Source: Hypanus sabinus (taxonomy: Eukaryota). Taken from it: 64,000 bases of DNA. The stretch covers positions 78,120,001-78,184,000 of the forward strand of contig NC_082716.1 in the NCBI RefSeq assembly GCF_030144855.1, written 5' to 3'. How positions within the stretch are numbered: the first letter of the stretch is position 1; every line of letters starts with the position of its first letter. The notes below the pieces were generated by a model. The model was not told where the DNA came from, did not search any database, and was given only the letters and a program-made list of their open reading frames with translations. The position numbers and the translations under genes are program-made. This document shows positions 1-12,340 of this stretch, in pieces.

Positions 1-1794
1 TCTATGGAACGCCAGGTCTCAACATAAATGACAAAGATTGTACTTGACCCAAGTTTTAATACTTCAGTATGAGATTCAACAGGATAGTGCAAAGTCATTT
101 ATGCACAGCGATTTAATAATGGATCACAGTAAAGTTGACTTAAGCTGTAGCTTGTGCATGTTTAGAATTGTTAGTTTATGAATAGACTGCCATGTAGCAC
201 AGTGAATGTAGACTCAGTTGAAGCACGCAAGAAAGGAAATGGAAATATTTCAAATTCAGCATGGGGTAGAAGCTTGACGCCAGAGTAGAAAGGAAGCTGA
301 AAATAATCTCAGTGGGTTCAGCAACAAGGACCTAAATCAACAAGACCAGCTCAATGGCCTTTTTTATTCTCACATTCTTATGTTTACAGGTCTGCTAATG
401 TTAGTTTTGAATCAATGAAGCTTATATGGTGAAAATTTAAATAGTTCTTTAACTGCTAACAATCAAGACCTACCAACTTCCAATTTGCTTTTATTCACCA
501 TTTTAACAGGTATGAAATACCTGGAGTAAAATAACCATTATCCCACAAAATCACTTTCACATGAGTCTGCATGTTTCTATTTTTGCTTTCCATTTACTTT
601 TTTTTCTTAATATTAAACAAATCATTTAATATCTAAAGACACTGTGGACTATCTTTTAAGAACAATGTCCATTTACCTTTGGCATCTTTGGTGTTTGCAC
701 TCAACCAGATAGGCAGGATGGAAGTTGTACTTCATTCCCCTACCCCAAACCTGTAATCAATAAATACCCATCCTCATCACCCATATAGTCCTCCAATTAT
801 GTCTACTGCATCAAAACACATTAAATCAATTTGGATAACCTCACAGTCACAGAGGTCAGAACAAAACAGAACACTATTTGTTACTAATTGCTAACAACAG
901 TGCTTTTGTTTAGGAGTTGTGTTGAGGTAAAGTACATGCTGCATTACTCAACATTTGAGTAATACTCTTGTCCAGCAAATGTACTGATTTTAATCTGCAA
1001 ATAGAGAAATTTTTCAGCACGTTCTTCATATTGATCAACGCAACCTAATTTTCAATAACTAACCTTGATAAATTAAAAAATGGAAATAATTAAGATCAAA
1101 TACCCAGCATCAAGCAAGAACTGGTACAGAAATTCATCTGCTGCAAACAGATTATTAAAACAAAGAAACAAATAAAAACCATGGCTGGAAAGCCTCCTTA
1201 CTCACATTATTCCTCCACCAGCTTCTCCCAAGTTTGTAAATATGAAATAAGACCACAGAATTTTTGGATTTGCAAATTAGCTAACATAAAACTCGAATGG
1301 TTCTTTTATGGTTACGGTGTAGTGTTAAGTATAAGGAAAAAGGACAAATCCTTAATTTTATCCATTTGGGTATAAAATTTGCAGCTGATACAAGAGGTTT
1401 TAAGTGATAAATCCTAATTCAAAATATGTGTGGCTAATAGGATATTTTAACCTCACCATTCAGCTAGAAGCTCTTTCGGCTCAAATTACTGATAAAACAG
1501 GTGGATAAGAACACAGCAAAGGTAAGGGGCCCCTGGGACCTGGATTAATGCTCCGTAACCCAAAACTTCAGGAATGAAGAAACTAGAGAAGAATGAAATT
1601 GATAAGCAAATCAAAGTAAAGTAATTTAGAGAAAGCAGAATAAAAGGGCTACATTAAGAGTGGAAGAACAAACTAAAACTAAAATCCGATAATTTTAAAA
1701 ACCTTTGATTTACCAACTGCAGCAAATAAACACCAGTCTCTTCCCATCTTGGAAAGATGGTGCAGTATTGTACATTACCATAACATTTTACAAT

Positions 1795-2000
1795 ACAGGC
1801 GATAAATTCTCTCCAGTGCCTGTAGGGAGTTGTATGTTCTCCCTGTGACCGTGTGTTTTCTCCCACAATCCAAAGACATACCAGTTCGAAGGTTAATTGG
1901 TCATTGTAACTTGTCTGCTAGGATTAAATTGGGGGATTGCTGGACAGTAAGGCTCGAAGGGCCAGACAGGCGTATTCTGAGCAGTATGCCAATAAATAAA
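1795..2000 (+). mobile_element. Partial V-SINE (HE1-like)
   Basis: ctcccacaatccaaagacataccagtt...ggttaattggtcattgtaa, homologous to the copy at 55618; ends in aataaataaa. Confidence 0.7.
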
Positions 2001-2042
2001 TGCGATCAAAGCAGACCTTTCATGTATGTGCCCCAACTCCAA

Positions 2043-2105
2043 TACAGGTTGAGTATCCCCTATCCAAAATGCTTGGGGACAGAAGTGTTTTGGATTTTAG
2101 AATAT
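2043..2105 (+). mobile_element. Tigger-type MITE left end, interrupted by a CR1
   Basis: TA-CAGGTTGAGTATCCC terminal motif typical of Tigger/MER46-like elements; right TIR not found. Confidence 0.5.
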
Positions 2106-2109
2106 TCCA

Positions 2110-3045
2110 AAGTTTTAGATGATGGAATTGATGGCTCTGTTGCAAAGTTTGCAAGTGATAGGTGGAGGGGCAGGTCATTTTAAGGAAGTAGAGAGGCTAC
2201 AGAAGGATTGGATTAGGAGAATGGGCAAAGAAATGGCAGATGGAATACAGTGTCTGGAAGTATATGCTCTTGCACTTTGGTAGAAGAAGTGAAAGGGATA
2301 ACTATTTTCTAAATGGAGAGAAAATACAAAAAACTGAGGTACAAAGGGACTTGGGAATACTTGCTCAGGATTTCCTAAAGGTTAATCTGCAGATCGAGTC
2401 TGTGGTGAGGAAGGAAAATGCAATGTTAGCAATCATTTCAAGTGGACTAGAGGAGAAAAACAAGGATGTAATGTTGAGCAATTATAAAGTACTGGTGAAG
2501 CCTCACTTGGAGTATTGTGAGCAGCTTTGGGCACCCTATCTTAGAAAGGATGTGCTGAAATTGAAGAGGGTTCAAAGGAGGCTCAGGAAAATGATTTCAG
2601 GATTGAATGGCTTGTCACATGAAGAGCATTTGATGGCTCTGAGCCTGAATTCACTAGAATTCAGAAGAATGAGGGGTGACGTCATTGAAAGGTATTGAAC
2701 AGTAAAAGGCCTTGATAAAGTGGATGTGGAGAGGATGTTTCCTACTGTGGGAGAGTCTAAGACCAGGGTTGACAGCCTCAGAACAGCAGAAGGAGAGGAG
2801 GAATTTTTTTAAAATCAGAGATTGGTGAATCTGTGGAATTCTTTGTCACAGGCAGTTGTGGAGGCCAAGTCTTTATGTATATTTAAGGCAGGGGTTAATA
2901 GATTTTTGATTGGCCAGGGCCTGAAGGGATACAGGGAAGTCAGGAGATTGGGGCTGAGGGGAAAATTGGATCAGCTATGATGAAATGGCACAGCATACTT
3001 GAAGGGCCAAATTGCCTAGGTCTGCACCTGTATCTTATGGTCTTC
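2110..3045 (+). mobile_element. 5'-truncated CR1 LINE (RT C-terminus and 3' UTR)
   Basis: KFASD, LHFGR, LVKPHLEYCEQLWAPYLRKD, SLEFRRMRGD motifs; ends in tcttatggtctt. Confidence 0.9.
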
Positions 3046-3313
3046 TATATAACGAGGTAGTTTGGGCTCACTATCACTTCCGACTGAATTTATGTTCTAC
3101 TGGTAAGCAGAGTTTGTCTTACACTTGTTCATCACATAAATAACAGTAAAAATTACATACCATTAACATAATGAAAATAGAATGTGTCCAGGGTAACAAA
3201 AGTAGCTCAGCAGCATCAGGAGGATACCATAATCAGCCATTGAACAACAAATGACAGGCTTTCAGTCTCCACTTACTATGTCATGTTTTGATTAAAAGGT
3301 TACAATCACCAAG

Positions 3314-4760
3314 ACAATGCTGCCTCGACTGCAGTCTGGGTTTAGGAAGAACAGGAGCACGATCGAAATGATCTTCACAGTCCAGCAGCTTCAGGAAAAG
3401 TGCCGGGAGCAACATCAAGACCTGCTTATGGTCTTCGTCAACCTCTCCAAAGCATTCAACACTGTGCAAAGAGAGCTCTTATGGGATGTTCTCCTCAGGT
3501 TTGGCTGTCCCAATAAATTTGTTAACATCCTCTGCCAGTTCCATGATGGGATGACTGCTTGGGTGCCCATAGGAGGACAAGAGTCCGAGCCCTTCCTTGT
3601 ACACACAGGGGTGAGGCAGGGGTGTGTCCTAGCGCCAGTGCTCTTTAACATCTTCCTCGTGTGTTACCAAGCTTCTCCACCACAAGATTGAGGATAGCAA
3701 TGGTGTGGCAGTGAACATCAGATTAGATGGCAACCTCTTTAACGTCAGGAGGCTCCACGCAACCACCAAACTCCATAGAGAACGAGTCCTGGAGCTGCAG
3801 TATGCAGATGACTGTGCTCTTGTGACCCATACTCCAGAGGATCTTCAGACTGTCCTTGCCGTGGCGGTGAGAGCGTACAGTAGGATGGGGCTGACCATCA
3901 ATACCACCAAGACAGAGGTGGTTTGCCAATGGAGTAGTAGTGTACCACCCACCTCACCTGTCTTCACTGTTAATAATGAAAAGCTGTCAGTGCCATCTTT
4001 CAATTACCTGGGGAGCATTCTCTCTGAGGATAGTGGCATTGACAACAACATTCAGAGCCATATTAAACAGGCATCGGCTGCCTTTGGGAGACTTTAGCGT
4101 AGTGTCTTTCAGAACAGGAGCCTTCATCCATCCACAAAGGTCACCAAGTGGTCTGTGTCACCATCCTCCTTTATAGCTGTGGAACTTGGGTAACCTACAA
4201 CCGCCACGTCAAGTCCTTGGAGCACTTCCACATAAGCTGCCTTTAGCGCATCCTGGGAATTACTTGGCGTGAACGGGCGCCTCACACTGGAAGACTTGTA
4301 AAGACCAACTGCAGAAGGCCATGATCACCCAGCATCAGTTGCAGTGGCTGGGGCACGTGATAATGATGCCCCTATGTCAGCTACCCTGCAGAGCGTTATA
4401 CGGCCAGCCACATCATGGTCAACGCTCAGCTGGGGGGCCGAAGAAGCACTATAAGGATCAGATGAAGAATGCTTTAAGGAAGTGCAAGATCAGACCTGAG
4501 GAACTGGAGGATGTTACTGCCGACCGCAACACTTGGCGACAGCTGTGTAGGGATGGGGTTCGTATTCTGGAGATGGAAAGAATGACCAGAAGACAGCAGA
4601 AGAGAGCCAGGAGAAATGCAGCCATGGTTGCCATCACTACCATCACATTTACATGTCCCACCTACAATAGAACTTGTGGGCCCAGGATAGGACTGTATAG
4701 TCAAAGATCTCACTGTTAAAGGAGTGGACATCGTCATTGGATTCTGATGGACAACCGAAG
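3314..4760 (+). mobile_element. 5'-truncated RTE-clade LINE (RT and C-terminal zinc knuckle), with frameshifts and stops
   Basis: QSGFRKNRST, EKCREQ, SKAFNTV, GVRQGCVLAPVLFNI, LQYADDCAL, QWLGHV, CPTYNRTCGPRIGLYS. Confidence 0.92.
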
Positions 4761-4834
4761 ACAGTACGTCATTTGTATTTCACTTTTTCTTTAGTTTTAG
4801 AGCCTAAAAACAACCAGCATCGTATAATTGTTAA

Positions 4835-7800
4835 CACAGGAACATACAAAACCTACAGCACAATACAGGTCCTTCAGCCCACAAAGCTGTGCCAAACATG
4901 TCCCTATCTTGGAATTACCTAGGCTTTACCCATAGCCCTCTATTTTTCTAAGCTCCAGGAGTCTCTGAAGAGATCATTTCCGCCTCCATCACCGCTGCCA
5001 GCAGCCCATCCTACGCACTCACCACTTTCTGCATAAAAAACTTACCCCTGACAGCTCCTCTGTACCTATTTCCAAGCACCTTAAAACTATGCCTTTTCAT
5101 GCTAGCCATTTCAGCCCTGGGGAAAAGCATCTGACTATCCACACAATCGATGCCTCCCATTATCTTGAACACATCTATCAGGTCACCTCTCATCCTCTGT
5201 CACTCCAAGGAGAAAAGGACGAGTTCACGCAACCTATTCTCATAAGGCGCGCTCCCCAGTCCAGGCACCATCCTTGTAAATCTCCTCAGTACCCTTTCAA
5301 TGGTCTCCACATCCTTCCTGTAGGGAGGTGACCAGAATTGAGCACAGCACTCCAAGTGGGGTCTGACCAGGGTCCTATATAGCTGTAACATTACCTCTTG
5401 GCTCTTAAACTCAATCCCATGATCGATGAAGGCCAATGCGCCGTATGCCTTCTTAAACACAGTCAACCTGCGTAGCAGCCTTGAGAGTCCTATGGACTCT
5501 GACCCCAAAATCCCTCTCATCCTCCACACTGCCAAGAGTCTTTCCATTAATACTATATTCTGCCATCATATTTGACCTACCAAAATGAACCACTTCACAC
5601 TTATCTGGGTTAAACTCCCTCTGCCACTTCTCAGCCCAATTGTGCATCCTATCAATGTCCCGTTGTAACCTCTGACAGCTCTCCACACTATCCACAACAC
5701 CCCCAACCTTTGTGTCATCAGCAATTTTACTAACCCATTCCTCAACTTCTTCATCCAGGTCATTTATAAAAATCACAATGAGTAGGGGCCTCAGAACAGA
5801 TCCCTGAGGCACACCACTGGTAAATGACCTCCATACAGAACATGACCTGTCTATAACCACTCCTTGCCTTCTGTGGGCAAGCCAGCTCTGGATCCACAAA
5901 GCAATGTCCCCTTGGATCTCATGCCTCCTTACTTTCTCAATAAGCCTTGCATGGGGTAGCTTATCAAATACCTTGCTAAAATCCATATACATTACATCTA
6001 CAGCTCTACCTTCATCAATGCATTTAGTCACATCCTCAAAAAATTCAATCAGGCTCGGAAGGCATGACCTGCCTTTCACAGAGCTATGCTGACTATTCCT
6101 TATCATCCTGCCTCTCAGGATCTTCTCCATCAACTTATCAACCACTGAAGTAAGACTCACTGGTCTATAATTTCCCTGTTTATTGCTACTCCCTTTCTTG
6201 AATAAGAGAACATTCATAACCTTCCATTACTCCGGGACCTCTCCCGTCCTTATTGATGATTCAAAGATCATTGCCAGAGGCTCAGCAATCTCCTCCCTCG
6301 CTTCCCACAGTAGTTTGGGGTATATCCCATATGGTCCCGGTGACTTATCCAAATTGATGCTTTCAAAAAACTCCTGCACATCCGCTTCCTTAATATCTAC
6401 ATGCTCAAACTTTTCAGTCCACTGCAAGTCATCCCCTACAATTGCCAAGATCATTTTCCGTAGTGAATACTGAAGCAAAATATTCATTAAGAACCTCCGC
6501 TATTTCTTCTGGTTCCATACACAGTTTTTCACTGTCACACTTGATTGGTCCTATTCTCTCACATCTTATCCTCTTGCTCTTCACATACTTGTAGAATGCC
6601 TGGGGTTTTTCCTTAATCCTGTCCACCAAGGCCTCCTCATGGCCCCTTCTGACTCTCCTAATTTCATTCTTAAGCTCCTTCCTGCTCGTCTTATAATCTT
6701 TTAGATCTCTATCATTACCTAGTTTTTTTGAACCTTTCGTAAGCTTTTCTTTTTGTCTTGACTAGATTTACAACAGCCTTTGTACACCCCAGATCTTGTA
6801 CCCTACCATCTTTTCCATGTCTCATTGGAATGTACCTACTCAGAACCCCACGTAAATATCTGCTGAACATTTGCCACATTTCTTCCGTAGATTTACCCAA
6901 GAGCATGTGTTTCCAATTTATGCTTCCAAGTTTCTGCCTGATAGCCTCATATTTCCCCTTACTCCAATTAAATGTTTCCCTAACTTGTCTGTTCCTTTTC
7001 CTCTCCAATGCTATGGTAAAGGAGATAGAATTGCGATCACTGTCTCCAAAATGTTCTCCCACAAGAGACCCAAAACCCAACCAGGTTCATTTCCCAATAC
7101 CAGATCAAGTACAGCCTCCCCTCTTGTTGGCTTATCTACAGATTGTGTCAAGAAACCTTCCTGAACACACCTAACAAACTCTATCCTATCTGAACCCCTC
7201 ACTCTAGGGAGATGCCAATCAATATTTGGGAAATTAAAATCTCCCACAACAACCCTGTTATTATTACTCCTTTCCAGAATCTGTCTCCTTATCTGTTCCT
7301 CGATTGTCCCTGGTGCTATTGGGTGATCGATAAAAAAAACACCCAGCAGAGTTATTGACCCCTTCCTATTCCTAACTTCCACCCACAGAGACTCCAAAGA
7401 CAACACCTCCATGACTTCCTCCTTTTCTGCAGCCATGCCCCCACCTCTTCTGCCTCCCTCCCTATCTTTTCTGAAACATCTAAAGCCTGGCACTTGAAGT
7501 AACCATTCTTTCCCCTGCACCATCCAAGTCTCTGTAATGGCCACAACATCATAGCTCCAAGTGTTGATCCACACTCTAAGCTCATCCACTTTATTCATAA
7601 TACTCCTCGGATTAAAATAGACGCACCTCAAACCATTGGACTGAGTGCGGCCCTTCTCTATCACCTGCCTATATTCCCTTTTGCACTGTCTCCAAGCTTT
7701 CTCCATTTGTGAGCTAACCTCCCTTTCCTCCATCACTTCAGTTCGGTTCCCACTCCCCAGCAATTCTAGTTTAAACTCTCCCCAACAGACTTAGTAAACC

Positions 7801-8795
7801 TCCCTGCCAGGATATTGGCCGCCCTCAGATTCAGGTGCAATCCGTCCTTTTTGAACAGGTCACATCTGCCCCAGAAGAGGTCCCAATGATTCAGAAATCT
7901 GAATCCCTGCTCCCTGCTCCAGTCTGTCAACCACACATTTATCCTCCACGTCACTCTATTCCTATACTCACTGTCACATGGCGTAGGCAGTAATCCCAAG
8001 ATTACTACCTTTGTGGTCCTGCTTCTCAACTTCCTTCCTAACTCCCTGTAGTCTGTTTTCAGGACCTCCTCCCTTTTCCTACCTATGTCGTTGGTACCAA
8101 TATATATCACAACCTCTGGCTGTTCTCCTTCCCACTTCAAGATATCATGGATGTCATCAGAAACATCGTGGACCCTGGCACCTGGGAGGCAAACTACCAT
8201 CCATGTTTCTTTCCTGCATCCACAGAATCACCTATCTGACCCCTAACTATAGAGTCCCCTATCACTGCTGCCATCCTCTTCCTTTCCCTGCCTTTCTGAG
8301 CCACAGGGCCAGACTCTGTGGCAGAGACATGGCCACCGTTGCTTCCCCCAGGTAGGTCGTTCCTCTACCCCCAACAGTACTGAAGCAGGAGTACTAATTG
8401 TTAAGGGATACAGCCACTGGGGTACTCTCTAGCACCTGCTTCTTGCCCTTCCCTCTCCTGTTACCCACTCCTCTGTCTCCTGTGGACCCGGGGTGACTTC
8501 CTGTCTATAGCTCCTCTCCATCACCTGCTCATTCTCCCTGACCAGACGAAGGTCATCGAGCTGCATCTCTAGCTTCCCAACACAGTCCCCAAGGAGCTGC
8601 AGCTCGACACACCTGCTGCAGATGTGGTCATCCGGGAGTCTCCAGGACCTCTCACATCTGACACCGAGCACAGAAAACTGGTCTCACACACATACTTTAT
8701 CTGTATTCTGAACAGATAATCTACCTGGCCTCAACCCTTTAAACTCCAAGTGTCTGCGCAGTCATGCCCCGTCAAACCACTGAAGAAATAACCGG
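4835..8795 (-). mobile_element. Near-full-length decayed CR1 LINE: ORF1 (zinc finger and SGNH esterase) plus ORF2 (APE endonuclease and RT)
   Basis: ORF1: HICSRCVELQLL, CLPGARVHD, GTNDIG, DGLHLN (7766-8671). APE: YFNPRSI, ITETW, GDFNFPNIDW. RT: NYRPVSLTS, DFSKVFD, GVPQGSVL, IADDTK. The 3' UTR is shared with 21430-21732. Confidence 0.93.
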
Positions 8796-9059
8796 GTTAT
8801 TTCTGTTCTGGTGCCAGATTTTCTTGAACAGCAGACACTTTCAAAATTTAATGCTATGCTTTTCCTTAAATTTCTGCAGCCTGCTGAATATTCAGCATTA
8901 CCTTCAATATTCAGTTTGTCGTGATAGACAATCATGATAAACTTGTTTCATTATCAGCACATCAAGTGGCACTTGTTCACTCTGATGCTGACTATACACA
9001 ATTGAGATCTTCATTTTTCACTTTATGCAGTCTTTTTCTATTTGATGTGAAGTCACTTC

Positions 9060-9500
9060 TTAGAAGTGTGTGATAGCTTTCTGGATATTGTACCTAGGCC
9101 TTTCATAACTTTTTTGATCACCAGGCTTAAATGCCTCTGATCTGGCCTTCAGCAGATTGCAGATCTTATGGTTTATCCAGAGCTTCGAATGGAGAAGACT
9201 GAATGATTTTGCGGGGACACACTTATCTACATCTGTTTTAATGAAGTCTGACAACCATGGTGTATTCATTCAGATCCTCAGATGAGTCCTTGAACACACC
9301 CCAGTCCACTGACTCAAAACAATTTAGAGCCACTCCTCTGCCTCCTGTGAGCACCACTTTGTTATCCTAATCTCCCTGGAGCTTTGTTCTTTAGCCTCTG
9401 CCTGCATGTAGGTAGTATCGAAATGCAGTCAGGCATGGAATGGCAGAAATTCCTTGTCTTAGTATAACAGTAATCTAGTGTGTTGTTGGGTGGTTCCTAG
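9060..9500 (-). mobile_element. Rex/Babar LINE internal fragment
   Basis: Peptide DFIKTDVDKCVP..KLWINHKICNLLKARSEAFKPGDQ..RYNIQKAI; homologous to 51250-51520. Confidence 0.7.
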
Positions 9501-9549
9501 CTGCTACCAACTGGGAAACAGTACTACAGCATAAAAGCCAGGACCAACT

Positions 9550-9750
9550 GGCTCCCAGACAGCTTCTTCCACCAGGCCATCAGACTAATGAACTTGCACT
9601 GATTTGAGTGTACATTATATTACATTGACTGCTCTATTTATTATAAATCATAAACCACCATGATTGCACATTTAGACAAATGCAATGTAAAGATTTTTAC
9701 TCATCATGTATCTGAAGGATGTAAGAAATGAAGTCAATTCATTCATTTAA
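9550..9750 (+). mobile_element. Rex/Babar-type LINE 3' end (related copy at about 12850-12995)
   Basis: acagcttcttccaccaggccatcagact...gaaggatgtaagaaatgaagtcaattca tail. Confidence 0.65.
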
Positions 9751-10189
9751 ATGTGAGGTTATCAACTTTAATTAGAAAAACAAGAGACTATTGTTTAACC
9801 CATTGAGAGATGAAGAAAAATTGATGTACCTAGTACACAAGTCAGAAAACAATCATACATGTACAGCAAGTTAAGAAAGCATGTCAGACTTCACTGTAAA
9901 AGGCTCTGAGCATCAGGAGAATGATGTCTTGCTATAATTATTCAGGAACTTGAAGATCACACTTGGATCACTGGGTGTGGTTTTAGTTCCATTACTTGGA
10001 TACATTTGCCATACAGAGAATTCAGTGAAGGTTCACCAGTCAGGTTCCTAGGATAGTAGGATTGTCGTGAAAAGAGATTGGATTGACATCCAATGAAGTA
10101 CTCTTTTAAATTCCACTGAAACAAAATTCTGACAGCACAAGATAAACTCAATAAGGAAGAATATTTCCCCTTGGTGATGGGGGTCTAGA

Positions 10190-10355
10190 ATCAGGGGTGG
10201 GAGGGTGGCTGTTGGGGATGGAACTAGGGGAGTGTGGAAGAGTCTTAAACTGTTGGGGGGGGGGGAAGAGGAGGAGGGAGGAGTCTACAGCCAGGGGAGG
10301 CCGTGTAGTGAGGGGGAGGGGAGAAGAGTCTACAGCCAGCGGGGAGGGGGAAGTC
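10190..10355 (+). repeat. G-rich low-complexity tract with duplicated GAGTCTACAGCCAG unit, inside a decayed CR1 fragment (about 9750-10440)
   Basis: Seen directly. Confidence 0.6.
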
Positions 10356-10690
10356 TGTCTCAAGGTACAGATAAAAGCATTCACCCATAGAATTCTCTAC
10401 CACAGAACCAGTAGAAGGCAATTTGTTTAATGCATTTGAGGTAGAAAGACTAAGTAATTGTACCGAATGGTGAAATAAATAGAAGGAGAAATCCCTGATA
10501 ATTTACAGATCATTCAGCTGCGTTCTTGCCAGGCCACCAGATGCTTTGTAGACCAATCTCACTTTCCAGATCTACAGCCATGATCTTTAGGTTACAGTGG
10601 TCTAAAAAGTTCATTCAGGAACTTTACACAATTGATCGCTTCTTCCTCTCTCACCCTTCCCAGGGAGTGAATTCCAGGACTAAATCCTGG

Positions 10691-11330
10691 AGTAGGAATG
10701 GGATGTGGAATTAAAATGTGTGGCCACTGGGAAATCCTGCTTTCTCTGGCGGACCGAGTGTAGGTGTTCAGCGAAACAGTCTCCCAGTCTGCGTTGGGTC
10801 TCACCAATATATAAAAGGCCACTCTGATATGTCTATCCATGGCCTCCTCTATTGTCAAAATGAATCCAAACTCAGGTTGGAGGAACAACTACTTATATAC
10901 TGGCTGGGTAGCCTCCAACCTGATGGCATGAACATTGACTTCTCTAACTTCCGTTAATACCCCTCCTCCCCTTCTTACCCCATCCCTGATATATTTAGTT
11001 GTTTGCCTGTTCTCCATCTCCCTCTGGTGCTTCCTCCCCTCCTTTCTTTCTCCTTAGGCCTCCTGTCCCATGATCCTTTCCCTTCTCCAGCACTTAGCTT
11101 CATCCCACCCCCCTCCGGTCTTCTCCTATCATTTTGCATTTCCCCCTCCCCCCACCACTTTCAAATCTCTTACTATCTTTCCTTTCAGTTAGTCCTGACG
11201 AAGGGTCTCGGCTGGAAACGTCGACAGTGCTTCTCCTTATAGATGCTGCCTGGCCTTCTGTGTTCCACCAGCATTTTGTGTTGTTGTTGTTGTTTGAATT
11301 TCCAGCATCTGCAGATTTCCTTGTGTATGG
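10691..11330 (+). mobile_element. Penelope-like element 3' fragment (GIY-YIG endonuclease remnant and terminal repeat) with inverted 5' segment
   Basis: Minus strand 10691-10821 reads LLYIGETQRRLGDCFAEHL..PVATHFN. Plus strand continues HSDMSIHGLLYC..RLEEQLLIYWLGSLQPDGMNIDF. Confidence 0.85.
11191..11226 (+). ncRNA. Minimal type-I hammerhead ribozyme motif (Penelope-associated)
   Basis: GTC-CTGACGA-agggtctcggctg-GAAA-CG-TC|GAC. Catalytic boxes are intact, stem I is GTC/GAC, stem II has decayed. Confidence 0.6.
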
Positions 11331-11469
11331 TATTCAAGGAAATGTTTTAATGCTTCTACTTCTAAATTTGCACAATACATGCAAATTTGTGGTGTTGCAG
11401 ATTGTTGTTTACTGCTACAGCAGGTGGAAAAATGTCAGATGGAATTCAATCCCAACAAGTGCCATATGA

Positions 11470-12340
11470 AGAAATGCTGAAGATGATTAATGAGAGTAGG
11501 GCAGTGGATATTATTCAGAGACTTTATTGCCTTGGTCATAGAAGACAAAAAGTATGGTTGTGGTTGGGGAGGGGGTGAGAGATTATGACTGGTTGTTTTT
11601 GGGACTAGTGATGATAGAAGTATATAAAGTTTTGAGGGGTATACAGGGGGTAGACAGTCAAAGTTACTTTCCCCATGGCTTAAGTATCAAATATTCAATG
11701 GCATCAGGTTTAAGGTGAGGGAAGCTGGGAGTTTCAAGGAGATCAGGGATGCAAGTTAAAGTCACAGTGAGTGAAATGTGTCTAGAATGCACTGCTAGAG
11801 GAGGTAGTAGAAGCAAGTGCAATAGCAAAGTTTAAGAGAAATCTAAAGAAACAATAACAAGTCAGAAAAAGAAAGACATGGTCCATATGCAGGCAGATGG
11901 GATTAGTTTGTACAAGCATCATATTCAGTAGTGGACCAAACTACCTCCTCTTGTGCTGTCATGTTCTATGACATACTTTGGGAAGTCAAATAAGGGAAGG
12001 ACATACACAGTAAATTATAGGGCCCCAGGGAATGTTGATAAACAGAGGAACTGTGGAGTTCAAGTCCATGGTGCTCTGAAAGTGGCAACCCTGGTGGATA
12101 GGGTAATGAAGGTGGCATAGACATGCCCTTCTTCAGAATGGACACAGAATATAGAACTTCACAACTTTACTTTACAGTGGCCATGTTACACTTGCACTAC
12201 TGTGTGCATTTCTAGTCACCAGATGAAGGAAGAAGTGTGATTATCCTTCAAAGGGTGCAGAGGAAATCCATTAGGATGTTGCCTGGATTAAAGAGATTTT
12301 GTTGTAAAGAGATTGGATAGACTGGGTTTCTTAAGTGACT
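11470..12340 (+). mobile_element. Two decayed CR1 fragments
   Basis: Remnant CR1 RT and 3' sequence (gattaatgagagtagggcagtggat; agggtgcagaggaaatccattaggatgttgcctgga). Confidence 0.65.

Noticed and set aside
943-963. 9-bp stem hairpin ATTACTCAA-cat-TTGAGTAAT
   Set aside because: Short and AT-rich, compatible with chance in 64 kb.
7766-8200. Stand-alone SGNH/GDSL esterase genes (also 44500-44930)
   Set aside because: They are the known ORF1 esterase domain of CR1 LINEs, directly upstream of APE-RT remnants.
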